A DNA stretch of 64,000 nt from a virus (lineage: Duplodnaviria > Caudoviricetes), in IMG/VR virus record IMGVR_UViG_3300028186_000155; one strand, 5' to 3'. Below the pieces are notes generated by a model. It searched no databases. It was given only the letters and a program-made list of their open reading frames with translations, and had not been told where the DNA came from. The position numbers and the translations under genes are program-made. This document shows, in pieces, positions 19,021-28,643 of this stretch (positions are counted from its first letter, which is position 1; every line of letters starts with the position of its first letter).

Positions 19021-19475
19021 TTTGCTTTGGCCTTTATGCGATAGACTGTGCTGATCATGTATTGATCGTAGGGGCCTGAATGCCGGGTTTCCAGATGGTC
19101 ACGGCAGGCCTTCGCCTCTTCGAGATTGTGCCAGCGTTGTGCAACGTTTATGTTAGACGCGAACAATGGCTGATCGGCCATGACTTTCACGTACTGTTGC
19201 GTATGCAATTCCTGAATGATGAACCACGGTTTGTTTAGCGGTCTATCAAACACCCATGCGCCCAACCGGGAACCGGGCCACAACGGAGCGGCACAAATCG
19301 CAATCCACGGCATTTGCAACAACATCAGAAACGTCGAGAAATTCGAATTGGGTCCGGGCCATTTGTCGGCGTGGATTTCGTAAATGAGGTAGCCCAGTGC
19401 AATGGCCACGTAGAGCGTGGACCAGCCGATCAACCACCACGCTTTGCGGCTAATGGATTTGAGGTAGTTAATCAT
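19017..19475 (-). CDS. membrane protein (2 TM) with soluble C-terminal module
   Basis: two hydrophobic helices. Confidence 0.7.
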   Translation of the reverse strand: MINYLKSISRKAWWLIGWSTLYVAIALGYLIYEIHADKWPGPNSNFSTFLMLLQMPWIAICAAPLWPGSRLGAWVFDRPLNKPWFIIQELHTQQYVKVMADQPLFASNINVAQRWHNLEEAKACRDHLETRHSGPYDQYMISTVYRIKAKAK

Positions 19476-19674
19476 TTGTGAAATTCCGTTCGATTAGGAC
19501 ACGTGTTTCCTGATTGATTGCCGCGTAAGGAATCAGCATCATGGACAGCACGAAGGTCATAACGAAAATGCGTGGCCAATCTTTCTTTACAGTTGGATCG
19601 TGCAGGCCGAACAGCACAACGAAAATGCAAATCGTCGGGAACAAAACCCACAAAACGGTCAACAAATCTTTCAT
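19468..19674 (-). CDS. small membrane protein (2 TM)
   Basis: hydrophobicity. Confidence 0.65.
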   Translation of the reverse strand: MKDLLTVLWVLFPTICIFVVLFGLHDPTVKKDWPRIFVMTFVLSMMLIPYAAINQETRVLIERNFTND

Positions 19675-20372
19675 AGCGGCGCCTTGACTGGTGACTGGTT
19701 ACGGTCGTGCAGATCGGTACGGGCCACCACGATTTCACGGCGACCAAAACCGAGGCTCCAGATTTCTCGGTGTGCCTTGAACATGCCGTCGCCTTCTTTC
19801 ATCTTGATTGCCAGCCGCTCGGCAGGATTTACGATGTTGTAGAAATAAACCGATTCTTTGTCACCGAGTGTTGGGTTTTTCACGACAGCCACGAAGTAGC
19901 GGTAGCCGAAGCGATACAGGCCTTCGCCAACAATTTGCTTAGGGAACGCTTCAGCGTAGCCGGGATGGAGCACGCTATAGAACTTGCGATTTTCACGTTC
20001 TGCAATTTCAGCCGCTTCAACTTCGTCTTTCTTCCAGCCATGGAAGAGGCCGTCGCATTCACCCGGATCGACGGAATCTGCGAGACATTTGTCGATCACA
20101 GATTCGAAATTGTCCATGTAGATTTTCTTGGCGACTGCGCGGCCTGCTTCGGTGTAGAAACTTTCTTCGCTGTCACCGCCGTGCACGTAGCGAGTAATAA
20201 GGTGGACGTTTTGGTTGCCGTTCACGTCAGCACCGTAATACCGCACAATGCCGTAGTCACCTTCCTCGTTGTCCACCAATTCGTAATCGTCGTGGTTGGA
20301 ATCCAGCGAGTTTTCCCAATTTTCGATCAGTTCGTTAAGTGGGTATTGATAATCCAATCGTACTTCGAGCAT
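19671..20372 (-). CDS. hypothetical protein
   Basis: AAGGA SD. Confidence 0.75.
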   Translation of the reverse strand: MLEVRLDYQYPLNELIENWENSLDSNHDDYELVDNEEGDYGIVRYYGADVNGNQNVHLITRYVHGGDSEESFYTEAGRAVAKKIYMDNFESVIDKCLADSVDPGECDGLFHGWKKDEVEAAEIAERENRKFYSVLHPGYAEAFPKQIVGEGLYRFGYRYFVAVVKNPTLGDKESVYFYNIVNPAERLAIKMKEGDGMFKAHREIWSLGFGRREIVVARTDLHDRNQSPVKAPL

Positions 20373-20374
20373 GT

Positions 20375-20701
20375 TCAGTTCCTTTGATCGGTGATGATGT
20401 TGCGCAGCGCCTCGACGGCCCGGCCATATTTGGTTACGCGGCTGAAGCGACCTTGCGAATATTCGCGGTCGAGATATTCAACCAGAATCTTGGCGTTTTC
20501 ACGCAGCTTTTCGCTTTCAAGCAACAGCGGTGAAACCAGTTCGTTGACCACCTGATCGATGCCATTTTCGTGAGCGTCTTTAATCAACTCTTCACGCTTG
20601 TTACCGCCCACATCGTATTGGTGCGGGTGGTACGTCGGCCACGACAATTCACGCTTAGCCACCTGCGACCGCAACCAACCTTTCCGCTTTTTCACGTCCA
20701 T
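20375..20701 (-). CDS. hypothetical protein
   Basis: TAATG coupling. Confidence 0.7.
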   Translation of the reverse strand: MDVKKRKGWLRSQVAKRELSWPTYHPHQYDVGGNKREELIKDAHENGIDQVVNELVSPLLLESEKLRENAKILVEYLDREYSQGRFSRVTKYGRAVEALRNIITDQRN

Positions 20702-20886
20702 TAAAAACCGCCTTGCAGCATTTGTTGTGCCCTGTGCATGGCCCGAAGCACTTCACCTTTTGGGCTGTAGCGCTTACGTTCCATTTGCTTTTCGAGTTCT
20801 TGCAGCAGCACGGCCATCACCTCGGCCATTTCTTCTTTCTCGGCTGCGTTTTCCAGCAGGCCCGTCATGATTCCGCCCATGTGCAT
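20701..20886 (-). CDS. hypothetical protein
   Basis: GAGGA SD. Confidence 0.65.
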   Translation of the reverse strand: MHMGGIMTGLLENAAEKEEMAEVMAVLLQELEKQMERKRYSPKGEVLRAMHRAQQMLQGGF

Positions 20887-20896
20887 TTTGTGATCC

Positions 20897-21286
20897 TCAG
20901 TACCAACGTGGGTTCCAGCCTTCGAGGCGATCTTTCAACTTTTTCAGATCAGCTTCGTGCATGTTTTCGGCCACGGCAATCTGGTAAAGTTTCTCACGCA
21001 TTTCATCGACCTTTTTGATACGCGCTTTCCATTCCGGCGAACGCTGGCACATGGAATCCTGTTCGATACGAATCAGGTTTGGGGTGTACGAAAATTTCGT
21101 GCCGCAATCAAACTGGATGCTGGTGTTCCACTGGCCGCTGCAATGCTGCGAATGCTGGCGGTACTCTTTGACTTTGGTGCACGCGCAGTACGGGCAGTTG
21201 GGAATGTTGCGGGCATCGCGAACGTCCTTGTAAAAATCACGAACTTGGACGGGGTTCATTTCGTTGAATTCGTTGAATGCTTGCAT
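20897..21286 (-). CDS. hypothetical protein with Cys cluster
   Basis: CPYC...HC...CG...C. Confidence 0.7.
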   Translation of the reverse strand: MQAFNEFNEMNPVQVRDFYKDVRDARNIPNCPYCACTKVKEYRQHSQHCSGQWNTSIQFDCGTKFSYTPNLIRIEQDSMCQRSPEWKARIKKVDEMREKLYQIAVAENMHEADLKKLKDRLEGWNPRWY

Positions 21287-21301
21287 GACTTTTCCTTGTA
21301 C

Positions 21302-21568
21302 CTAGCGTTTGTTTGCCAGTTCGCGTAGCATGGGCGCAGACCAGCGGGAAGTAATGAACTCGCAGCACCGGGCAATTTGGCCGTCAGTGGTGCCGGGATA
21401 ATAACGTTCGATTTCGGAACGTATGAATGTCGCTTTCGACTTTGGATATCGACGCACCAGATTGATAACGGCGCGGATAATTTCGAAATCGTCATCCGAC
21501 AAATCGGGTTCGGGGTCAGGCTGGTTGACGTACACAATGCCTCGACCTTTTGTGTGTATTTTTCCCAT
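21302..21568 (-). CDS. hypothetical protein
   Basis: GAGGA SD. Confidence 0.7.
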   Translation of the reverse strand: MGKIHTKGRGIVYVNQPDPEPDLSDDDFEIIRAVINLVRRYPKSKATFIRSEIERYYPGTTDGQIARCCEFITSRWSAPMLRELANKR

Positions 21569-21613
21569 CGTTTTTCCTCGAAGGGCGCCCCGTCAGGAAC
21601 GCCCTGTTGCTCG

Positions 21614-22213
21614 TTATTGCGCAGCAGGTGCCGCTGGTTTACGCGATGGCAGATCGTACAGGCCTTGGTCACGCCCGGTGCGGAACGATTCTTCGGCTTT
21701 GTCGTTCATCAGTGGCGCGTAATCGTCTTGCGTGCCCTTACAGCCGATTTTCAGGTCGGCCAGATCAAAGGTGTTGATCACCAGCTTGTTAGGCTGCTTA
21801 CCGCGATAGGTACACGATACCTGTTTGCGGTCGGTCATCATCTTTTCTTCACGCAGGAATTTCTCACGGCCCTGATCGATCAGGTTCACGATCTTTTCCG
21901 CCAGCGCGTTGGACGGCGCAATGTTGTTTTCTTGCAGGAACAGCATGGTAGCTTTCAGGCCATCAGCACCGGAACGCAGCTTGATTTGCTCGTTCACAGT
22001 TTTCTGGATATTTTCAACCGAAATATCCTGAACGCCGATTGCTTCTTTGATCTTCTGGCTGATGTTCGACAGCGTGGCCTTACGGCTGTTGTTCGCTGCG
22101 ACAATCCCCTCTTCCTGTGTCACCAACGTGTTGTTGATGTTCACAACCCAAACCAGACCGATTGCCAGCAGGCCGATCAACATCCACATGGGGCTAATTT
22201 TTGGTGCGGTCAA
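21614..22213 (-). CDS. LemA-like membrane-anchored helical protein
   Basis: N-terminal TM then NNTLVTQEEGI; helical body; P-N-x-L near C-terminus as in LemA. Confidence 0.6.
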   Translation of the reverse strand: MTAPKISPMWMLIGLLAIGLVWVVNINNTLVTQEEGIVAANNSRKATLSNISQKIKEAIGVQDISVENIQKTVNEQIKLRSGADGLKATMLFLQENNIAPSNALAEKIVNLIDQGREKFLREEKMMTDRKQVSCTYRGKQPNKLVINTFDLADLKIGCKGTQDDYAPLMNDKAEESFRTGRDQGLYDLPSRKPAAPAAQ

Positions 22214-22243
22214 CTTGGTGCTTCCTTTTCAGTTTTTCAGGGA

Positions 22244-23329
22244 TTAGAAATAGCCGTGGCGTCGGTACATACCTCTGTAACCGGCAGACCAACGCTCACT
22301 CAGTTTGTTTACAGTTATCCAGACGATGGCAGCGATGGCAATCAACGACAGAACGATCAACCACATTGGCGGCGTATATTCGTCTTTGAGGAAATCGTAA
22401 CGGCCAAGGTCTTCACGCTGGAACAGCGCCAGCGAACCGTCGATAGAATCGATGATGGTTGGTACGCTGATAGGGCCTTTCTGTTGTATCAGCGCTTCGT
22501 GTGCGTTCACGAAAAGCGCGGTGGTGAAAGCGCGGCCACTTTTGTCAATCTTTTCGTCTGCCGACCGGCTGAATGCCCAAGCGTGAATCGTGCGGCATTC
22601 GTCGTTCACACCGAGGAACAAAACAGCATCGTTTTTCTTGCCACCATTCCACTTCGACGCCACGGCGTTGACGAACTGATTCCAGTTGGTTTTGGGGCCA
22701 ACCACAATCACGCTCACGTTAACCCCGTGCATTGGTCCCCAACGCTTCTGCGCCACCGACAAGAAATGCGACAGGCCGCGCTGATCCATGCAGGGCGTAT
22801 TCGAGAAACCGCGACTCACTTTGAAGCCCGAATAAATATGCGGATACGCAGGCAGCCAGCCTTGGTATTCCTCGGCAGACGTGCGATCAACCATCACCGA
22901 TTGGTCGCTAACGTTTTGGTAATTCATGAAACGCTGCGTGCTGGCGTATGGATCACCGATTTGCGCCTGCGAGTAAATGGCCGGGGCACGGATGGATTGC
23001 GACGTGTGTTCGCTGTAGTAATCGCCGTAATCGCTGATCACATCCCAGCGCCAGCGCGGGATTTCCCGGCTACACGTTTTGGTATTTCCGTGCGAGTCTT
23101 TGCCGCAGTCGTAATACTCGGTATCAGGATCGTAAACGCGCTGTTTCTTTGCGACAGATCCACTGATGATTTCCGTATCGGACGCCTGCCAATACATCGG
23201 CCCGTAATACAGCGCCAGACTGGCCGCAATGCCCGCCAAGAAACCGCAACCGGTGGCCGCCCAGTCCTTGACATGTAGGTTGCAGTAAACAGCAGCCAGC
23301 AACGCCACCGAAATATAAGCGTAGATCAT
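22244..23329 (-). CDS. membrane protein with TPM-like extracytoplasmic domain
   Basis: N- and C-terminal TMs; KWNGGKKNDAVLFLGV motif; adjacent to LemA-like gene. Confidence 0.6.
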   Translation of the reverse strand: MIYAYISVALLAAVYCNLHVKDWAATGCGFLAGIAASLALYYGPMYWQASDTEIISGSVAKKQRVYDPDTEYYDCGKDSHGNTKTCSREIPRWRWDVISDYGDYYSEHTSQSIRAPAIYSQAQIGDPYASTQRFMNYQNVSDQSVMVDRTSAEEYQGWLPAYPHIYSGFKVSRGFSNTPCMDQRGLSHFLSVAQKRWGPMHGVNVSVIVVGPKTNWNQFVNAVASKWNGGKKNDAVLFLGVNDECRTIHAWAFSRSADEKIDKSGRAFTTALFVNAHEALIQQKGPISVPTIIDSIDGSLALFQREDLGRYDFLKDEYTPPMWLIVLSLIAIAAIVWITVNKLSERWSAGYRGMYRRHGYF

Positions 23330-23616
23330 TATGGTTGTCCCTTACTTTCCATGTGCGCAAGGCTCAGCTTAACTTCGGCCCATGGCATGAAAGTTGCGTC
23401 TTTCACGTCGGTGGAATCTTCCGGCATACGCACGATCAATTCGTAGCGGAACCCGTATTTGTCCGGGCAGTAACCGGCGATCAGGTTGTCGAAAACATCC
23501 GTGGAAAACATCGGAGGAAAACCTGCGTCGAGTAGCGCGTAGGCAATGGCGATGCAATCCGGGCCGGTCAGCAAGTCTTTTTCAATCGACCACGGCCACG
23601 CAAGATTCTCAATCAT
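23329..23616 (-). CDS. hypothetical protein
   Basis: ORF in operon. Confidence 0.65.
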   Translation of the reverse strand: MIENLAWPWSIEKDLLTGPDCIAIAYALLDAGFPPMFSTDVFDNLIAGYCPDKYGFRYELIVRMPEDSTDVKDATFMPWAEVKLSLAHMESKGQP

Positions 23617-24337
23617 TTTCATAGACCTTGAAATTTTCGTTGATGTAGCGAACGAAATCATAAATGCCTTCGTCGCCGTCGAATTCGATGTTGATCCAGT
23701 ATTCGTTCTGGTGTGAACCGTATTCCAGACACGGTTTAGATTTGGCGCGGCGTGCCAGTGCTTCGGGTTCTTGCGTGAACACGTGGTGCACCAGCCAATG
23801 GATCAGATCCGGGTGTGCGTGAACACCGCGAATTTCCAAACCAACTTTGTCACGCTGCACAATCGTTGGCCAGAATTGCGGGCGGCCATTTACCAGACGC
23901 TGTTCGATCAGTTTACGCGGGTACGCCATGTAACCATGCAGCGCCACGACTGGCACCCCACCGTCAACCTCGCGGTAGTCACCAACGGAGCGGCCCAATT
24001 CACAATCGAAAATGTGATTGTCTTCAGAGTAGGCAAGGCGATCAATCAGTTCCTCGCCAACACCGAGGCCACGGAAAATCGAATGGCATTGCTCGGTGAT
24101 TTCGTCGCCTTTTATGAAGTCGCGAACGTCGAACACTTTAGGCCCATAGGGTTCTGGCAAATTGTCATAGGCCACAACATCCATTTGCTCATAACCACCA
24201 ACAAACGCCACGTACCACCCAGTTTTGCGCTCGCTGTTCGGGTGGCCATAATACGCTTTGCACACGGTGCCTTGCGTGGTGGTTACGATGTAGTGGCCGT
24301 ATTCTTCAGGCTCACCAAATTTCCATTGGGCAATCAT
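23609..24337 (-). CDS. hypothetical protein, N-terminal DUF551-like segment
   Basis: WK..PEE...VVAYDNLPEPY. Confidence 0.7.
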   Translation of the reverse strand: MIAQWKFGEPEEYGHYIVTTTQGTVCKAYYGHPNSERKTGWYVAFVGGYEQMDVVAYDNLPEPYGPKVFDVRDFIKGDEITEQCHSIFRGLGVGEELIDRLAYSEDNHIFDCELGRSVGDYREVDGGVPVVALHGYMAYPRKLIEQRLVNGRPQFWPTIVQRDKVGLEIRGVHAHPDLIHWLVHHVFTQEPEALARRAKSKPCLEYGSHQNEYWINIEFDGDEGIYDFVRYINENFKVYEND

Positions 24338-25125
24338 GGTTTCACCTCTTCAAACAGCAGGCCCTGTTCGGCCAGACAATCTTTGATTTGATCCAAGAAA
24401 ATACGGCGGGTAGTGTTGAACCTGTGATGAATATCCGGGTTGTGCGCAGCAGGCAGCTTGATGGTACGCGGCTCACGCTTTTCACGGGCGTGCACCATCG
24501 CCTTGTAAATTTCGCTAATGGCTTGCTTTGCGTGGTGTTTGGCATCCGCTTCGGATTGGTCGGAATTGCCTTCGAAATTTACGTCAGGTTCAGTGTCAAA
24601 GAACCGACCCAGCGCATTCAGCGCCGCACGTTCCATATCATCGGTGATTTGGTAGAGGAAAGGTGCATCCCATTCACGCTGCACAATATCGCCCGTGACG
24701 CCGGTCAGATTCTCTAGCTGCTGGTGCAGATCGTGCAGTTTGTCTTGCAGTTCATCAGCATGCGTTTTGATGATGCCTTTGGCCCGGATTTCGACAGCCT
24801 TTTCGAAGTTGGCAAAGTTGGCGCGGGCCAGCTTGTCTTCGTACATGCGATTGGCGAAATACGAACAGACTTTTTCGAAATCTGCGAACACAATTCGGCG
24901 GCCATTGAGCGTGATGCTGATTTGCATTGCGTCCGCGTCCCAGCCCGGCGTGTCCACAACTTCGCGCAGGTCGTCTTTCGACATGCCTTCAAGCAGCATG
25001 TGCGAAAGCCAAGTCGGGAAACCTTCGGCGTTACGGTCCAGATGCTTGTCAAAACTCAGGATTTCAAATTTGCCATTCTCATGGGCGATATCGATTGGCG
25101 ATTTGCTGCTGTCCTTGCTGCTCAT
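24334..25125 (-). CDS. hypothetical protein
   Basis: 263 aa, ATGA coupling. Confidence 0.75.
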   Translation of the reverse strand: MSSKDSSKSPIDIAHENGKFEILSFDKHLDRNAEGFPTWLSHMLLEGMSKDDLREVVDTPGWDADAMQISITLNGRRIVFADFEKVCSYFANRMYEDKLARANFANFEKAVEIRAKGIIKTHADELQDKLHDLHQQLENLTGVTGDIVQREWDAPFLYQITDDMERAALNALGRFFDTEPDVNFEGNSDQSEADAKHHAKQAISEIYKAMVHAREKREPRTIKLPAAHNPDIHHRFNTTRRIFLDQIKDCLAEQGLLFEEVKP

Positions 25126-25655
25126 TTGAAGAGGGCCTGTAGTCGGAAATTTTGGTTAACCAGTCGGTTTGCGAACTGGTGATAGTCTGCTTCATCGAGG
25201 CAGGCATGGGCGATTAGGCACATGCGCTCCACGTCGTCGGCTACCATGACGCGGCGACCGCTGCCATGTGCCCACACGCTAAACATTTGGTTCACGTAGG
25301 AGTTGAATACGCGGCTCAATTCGTCAATTGCTGCGTAGCGTTTTGCCGGATCGACAGGCAGCCGGATTTCGGCGCCCATAAATTCGAATGACGGCAATTC
25401 TTTGCAGCGCATGAGATAGCCTTCCCACATGTACTGCACCGGCATAGGTTCGTAGGTGCCAGTAGTGTCACGGCGCCAGTTATGCACGGTCAGTTGCGCT
25501 TCGAAATCTTTGCGGAATTCTTCTTCACGTTCCGCCACACGCTTGCGCAGTTTGCCGATGATGCGTTGGCGCGCGTCTTCTTTCTTTTTCTCATGTGCCG
25601 CTTGTGCTGCGCGGTATTCTTCAGGGCTACCCAAAATGTCTTCGATTGTGCTCAC
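25122..25655 (-). CDS. hypothetical protein
   Basis: GAGGA SD, GTG start. Confidence 0.75.
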   Translation of the reverse strand: MSTIEDILGSPEEYRAAQAAHEKKKEDARQRIIGKLRKRVAEREEEFRKDFEAQLTVHNWRRDTTGTYEPMPVQYMWEGYLMRCKELPSFEFMGAEIRLPVDPAKRYAAIDELSRVFNSYVNQMFSVWAHGSGRRVMVADDVERMCLIAHACLDEADYHQFANRLVNQNFRLQALFK

Positions 25656-25689
25656 GACGTTTTCCTCAGTTTTTCCAATGTTTACAGAT

Positions 25690-26409
25690 TTAGTAATCGG
25701 TTGGCAGTCTCTTCACGTACTGCACCATGTGCTCAATAGTACGGAACTTGTAGCCGTCTTCGTCCGAAATTTCACAGGCGAATTCGTCTTCGAGGCGCAT
25801 GATCATTTCGATTTGATCGAGCGAATCCATGTGGCCCCATTCTTCCAGATCCGTGTCCAGTGTTAGCGCGTTGGCTTCATCTACAGACACGCTGGATTGT
25901 TCCACCACCATTTCGAAAATCTTGTTGGTGATTTGGTCGCCCCAGTCACGCAATTTGCCACGGCGCGAAATGGTGCCAGATTTTTGCGGCAAGTCTTTTG
26001 GTCGCCAGTTTGCAACCTGTTCCGCCACAGGTTCCGTCACAACCATTTGATCAGCGCGAATCACGGCGCGGGTGCCGGGCGGTGCTGGTTTGGCTTGCCC
26101 TTGTGGGAAGTGTTCCCGTGCTAATTCGATGGCTTTACGCAGGTCCGGTTGCGGATCGAAACGCTGGTGGTGCCACATGATTTCCGTGGTGCCGTTCGGA
26201 TGGCCATTGATCGACAGGCCGGTGTAGGAAAGCCTTGCTTGTTTTTCCAGATAATCGATACGATCCGAATCTGCAAAAGCCATTGCTACTTTGACAGCCA
26301 GCACATTATTTTCCATGGCTTGGCCGTAGTCGTCAAAACTGTTTGGGAAATATTCACGCAGAATGCGCAGCACTCTGGCTTGTTCATGCTCGGTCAGTTT
26401 GTTGGTCAT
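25690..26409 (-). CDS. fusion protein with C-terminal acyl carrier protein (phosphopantetheine-binding) domain
   Basis: GHMDSLDQIEMIMRLEDEFACEISDEDGYKFRTIEHMVQYV aligns with AcpP [41 protein letters not shown]. Confidence 0.8.
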   Translation of the reverse strand: MTNKLTEHEQARVLRILREYFPNSFDDYGQAMENNVLAVKVAMAFADSDRIDYLEKQARLSYTGLSINGHPNGTTEIMWHHQRFDPQPDLRKAIELAREHFPQGQAKPAPPGTRAVIRADQMVVTEPVAEQVANWRPKDLPQKSGTISRRGKLRDWGDQITNKIFEMVVEQSSVSVDEANALTLDTDLEEWGHMDSLDQIEMIMRLEDEFACEISDEDGYKFRTIEHMVQYVKRLPTDY

Positions 26410-26720
26410 TTCATCAGCTTCCGAATCAGGTAGGAATTACGAACGTTCCGGGCCACGACTTTGTATTGTGAGCGTTTCGGAACTGGTATCACTTTGCCGA
26501 ATGCATCGTGGTGACGCCAATCGGTGCGCATTCGAGTCAGGCCACACAAACCCCACTCGCGGCGCAGTTGAAAGCCTGCATACCAGTAGCCGCTGAACAG
26601 GTGAACGCCGGGACCGTCTACGTTCATTACCTTTGCCTCTTGGCGCGTAACGTTGTGTGCCAAGTAATACTGGCGGCCCGGTTCTGGCAGTTTAATAATG
26701 GTCCGTGGGCGCATGTTCAT
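26406..26720 (-). CDS. hypothetical protein
   Basis: ATGA coupling. Confidence 0.65.
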   Translation of the reverse strand: MNMRPRTIIKLPEPGRQYYLAHNVTRQEAKVMNVDGPGVHLFSGYWYAGFQLRREWGLCGLTRMRTDWRHHDAFGKVIPVPKRSQYKVVARNVRNSYLIRKLMK

Positions 26721-26962
26721 TTCCAGAAATATTTGGCCGGGTATTTACGTTCGGTTTTGTTCTGCGCTTCGACCGCGTAGAACAGTCGCGCCAGATCGGT
26801 ATGGGCCAGTGGCATGTTGTCCATCATGCGTTGACGCAGCGCCTTATCTACGGGGCCGTTAATGTGGCCGTGGCCATCGAATAGGCAATCGCCTTTCATG
26901 CCTTGGCGCAGGTTGCCATTGTCGTCAAAAATGATATCGATAGTGCTGCGTTCCATGCCCAC
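26717..26962 (-). CDS. hypothetical protein
   Basis: GAGGA SD. Confidence 0.65.
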   Translation of the reverse strand: MGMERSTIDIIFDDNGNLRQGMKGDCLFDGHGHINGPVDKALRQRMMDNMPLAHTDLARLFYAVEAQNKTERKYPAKYFWK

Positions 26963-26964
26963 GG

Positions 26965-27183
26965 TTAGTTCCTCAAGTTGATTTCGTAAATGTTGTTCTG
27001 GTCAATCTCGCCAGAGGCCACACGCTTTTTCAGTTGGGTCAGTGCATGTTCCATCAGATCGATGGTGGACATGCCGTGGTTTTCGGTGGAAGCCAACGGC
27101 GCCACTTCAGGCTTGCCGGTTTGTTTGCTCAGGTGTTTCATGAAAACAACGCGCATCAGTTTCCCTCGGGTTTGACGGGCCAA
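26965..27183 (-). CDS. hypothetical protein
   Basis: ORF in operon; start may be the internal MRVVF. Confidence 0.6.
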   Translation of the reverse strand: MARQTRGKLMRVVFMKHLSKQTGKPEVAPLASTENHGMSTIDLMEHALTQLKKRVASGEIDQNNIYEINLRN

Positions 27184-27479
27184 ACTTTATGACCGGTGTC
27201 GATATAAACGTCGAAACCAACAGGGTTAGCTTCGGTCAATTCCTGCGCACATTTGACGGCTTCGTCGTAGCTGTTAAACGTGGTGTTGTGCCGCCCGGCA
27301 AACGACGTGTATTGCAGCGCGGGGCCGGTGTAGGAGAATCCGCTAAAGGCTCGCGAACTCTTCACCACCAACCACTGCGGGGCGTTGCAGTCAGGGCAGC
27401 GGTCGCCGTCGTACCCATCCGGGCGCAGGCAGCCGATTTCCCCATGGTCGTTGCAGGTTTCACAATTTGGTTTATTCAT
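27156..27479 (-). CDS. hypothetical protein with N-terminal CxxC..CxxC finger
   Basis: CETCNDHG...CPDC. Confidence 0.7.
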   Translation of the reverse strand: MNKPNCETCNDHGEIGCLRPDGYDGDRCPDCNAPQWLVVKSSRAFSGFSYTGPALQYTSFAGRHNTTFNSYDEAVKCAQELTEANPVGFDVYIDTGHKVWPVKPEGN

Positions 27480-27801
27480 CTTGATCGGCCATCCCCGGCA
27501 TGTCGGCAGTACGCGCCGAATCCACCGTGCAGTCGTCGTTCACCAGATAGAAACTGAATTTCGCCCACTCGCTATCCGACAAATGCGGTTTGATTTCGCG
27601 GGCGATATTTTCAAGCTGGCGCACCACTTCGTGACGACGCGGCGTGTTAGCTTGATGCGTGTCGCGTACCGCCAGTTCCCAGCATCCTAGTACCCAGTGC
27701 AGGTTTTCCAACGCGGCTTGGCGCCCCGGTTGACCTTGGACTGGAATTTGAAACCCGAAGAAATCGGGAATTTGAATGGTGATTGCTTTTTTCACAGCCA
27801 T
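27472..27801 (-). CDS. hypothetical protein, paralog of 28654..28986
   Basis: QIPDFF..IPV...AL.NL.WV..CW shared. Confidence 0.75.
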   Translation of the reverse strand: MAVKKAITIQIPDFFGFQIPVQGQPGRQAALENLHWVLGCWELAVRDTHQANTPRRHEVVRQLENIAREIKPHLSDSEWAKFSFYLVNDDCTVDSARTADMPGMADQDE

Positions 27802-28185
27802 TTAGCGATGCCCCTTTTGAGTTCTGGATCGTTTATCGACGGATTGCAGCGCATCACGGACAACGCCCAGCGGGGCACCTGTGATTTTGCAAATCTCTGC
27901 GTGATTTAGGCCAAGCTTAAACGCCAGTCGAATTGTGGCAGCCAGCGCGAACACAGGCGTGATTTCATCCACTAGGCCCGCATCGGGTTTTTCATTGTCC
28001 CCTAGTAGATCGCTCAGCATGTCGCGCAGTTCGGTTAGCGATTTACGATCAGTGGAAAATACGGTGCTAACCCCGCCTACCCCGCAATTGACCAGAAATT
28101 CGTCGCGGCTGTCTCGGCGTTCGTTCGCTGCGAAATGTGCCTGCGCATATGCGTTGCCGATCAGGCTCAATTTTACTTCGGGCAT
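27802..28185 (-). CDS. hypothetical protein with C-terminal HTH-like segment
   Basis: GLNHAEICKITGAPLGVVRDAL. Confidence 0.7.
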   Translation of the reverse strand: MPEVKLSLIGNAYAQAHFAANERRDSRDEFLVNCGVGGVSTVFSTDRKSLTELRDMLSDLLGDNEKPDAGLVDEITPVFALAATIRLAFKLGLNHAEICKITGAPLGVVRDALQSVDKRSRTQKGHR

Positions 28186-28643
28186 TATTGCGCTTCCTTG
28201 GGTTTGGTTACGATTCGCATCATGTTGGTGAACTCGAAACCGGAATCATATTCACAGCGGTAAACGATCAGGCGCCAGCTGCTGGTTTTCTCGGCCAGAT
28301 CACCACCGGTCAGGGATTGGTCGATTGCGGTCAGCGTGGAATTCAGCAAATCCCGCATGCGGAATGTGTTTGAGAAATCCCCGGTCGCCGTGTCGTACCA
28401 AACTGCTTTTTCGTTCGGACGAACAATGGTTTTCACCCATTCATCTACAGCAGCGCGCCACAGATCCGGGCACGATTCCTCGCGGTCGATATTGGTCCAG
28501 CCATCGGGCGGCTGTTCGCCCTTGTGCTCATACGGGTGCCAATAGGTGCTGGAAACATACTCGCCGTCTGCGTCGAATTTTTCGTATTCGTATGCGTAGA
28601 TCGGCAACAGTCTGCGCACCGCATCCCAGTCGATATGGAACAT
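28185..28643 (-). CDS. hypothetical protein
   Basis: start moved to MFHIDW (AAGGAGG SD). Confidence 0.75.
   Translation of the reverse strand: MFHIDWDAVRRLLPIYAYEYEKFDADGEYVSSTYWHPYEHKGEQPPDGWTNIDREESCPDLWRAAVDEWVKTIVRPNEKAVWYDTATGDFSNTFRMRDLLNSTLTAIDQSLTGGDLAEKTSSWRLIVYRCEYDSGFEFTNMMRIVTKPKEAQ

Noticed and set aside
21572-21613. Hairpin AGGGCGTTC-CTGACG-GGGCGCCCT as an eighth RNA element copy
   Set aside because: Upper stem is similar but the lower arm and UA/GAAA loop do not fit; left as an ordinary intergenic hairpin
21377-23278. 633-aa plus-strand ORF
   Set aside because: Antisense shadow of well-supported minus-strand genes; no SD, no protein motifs
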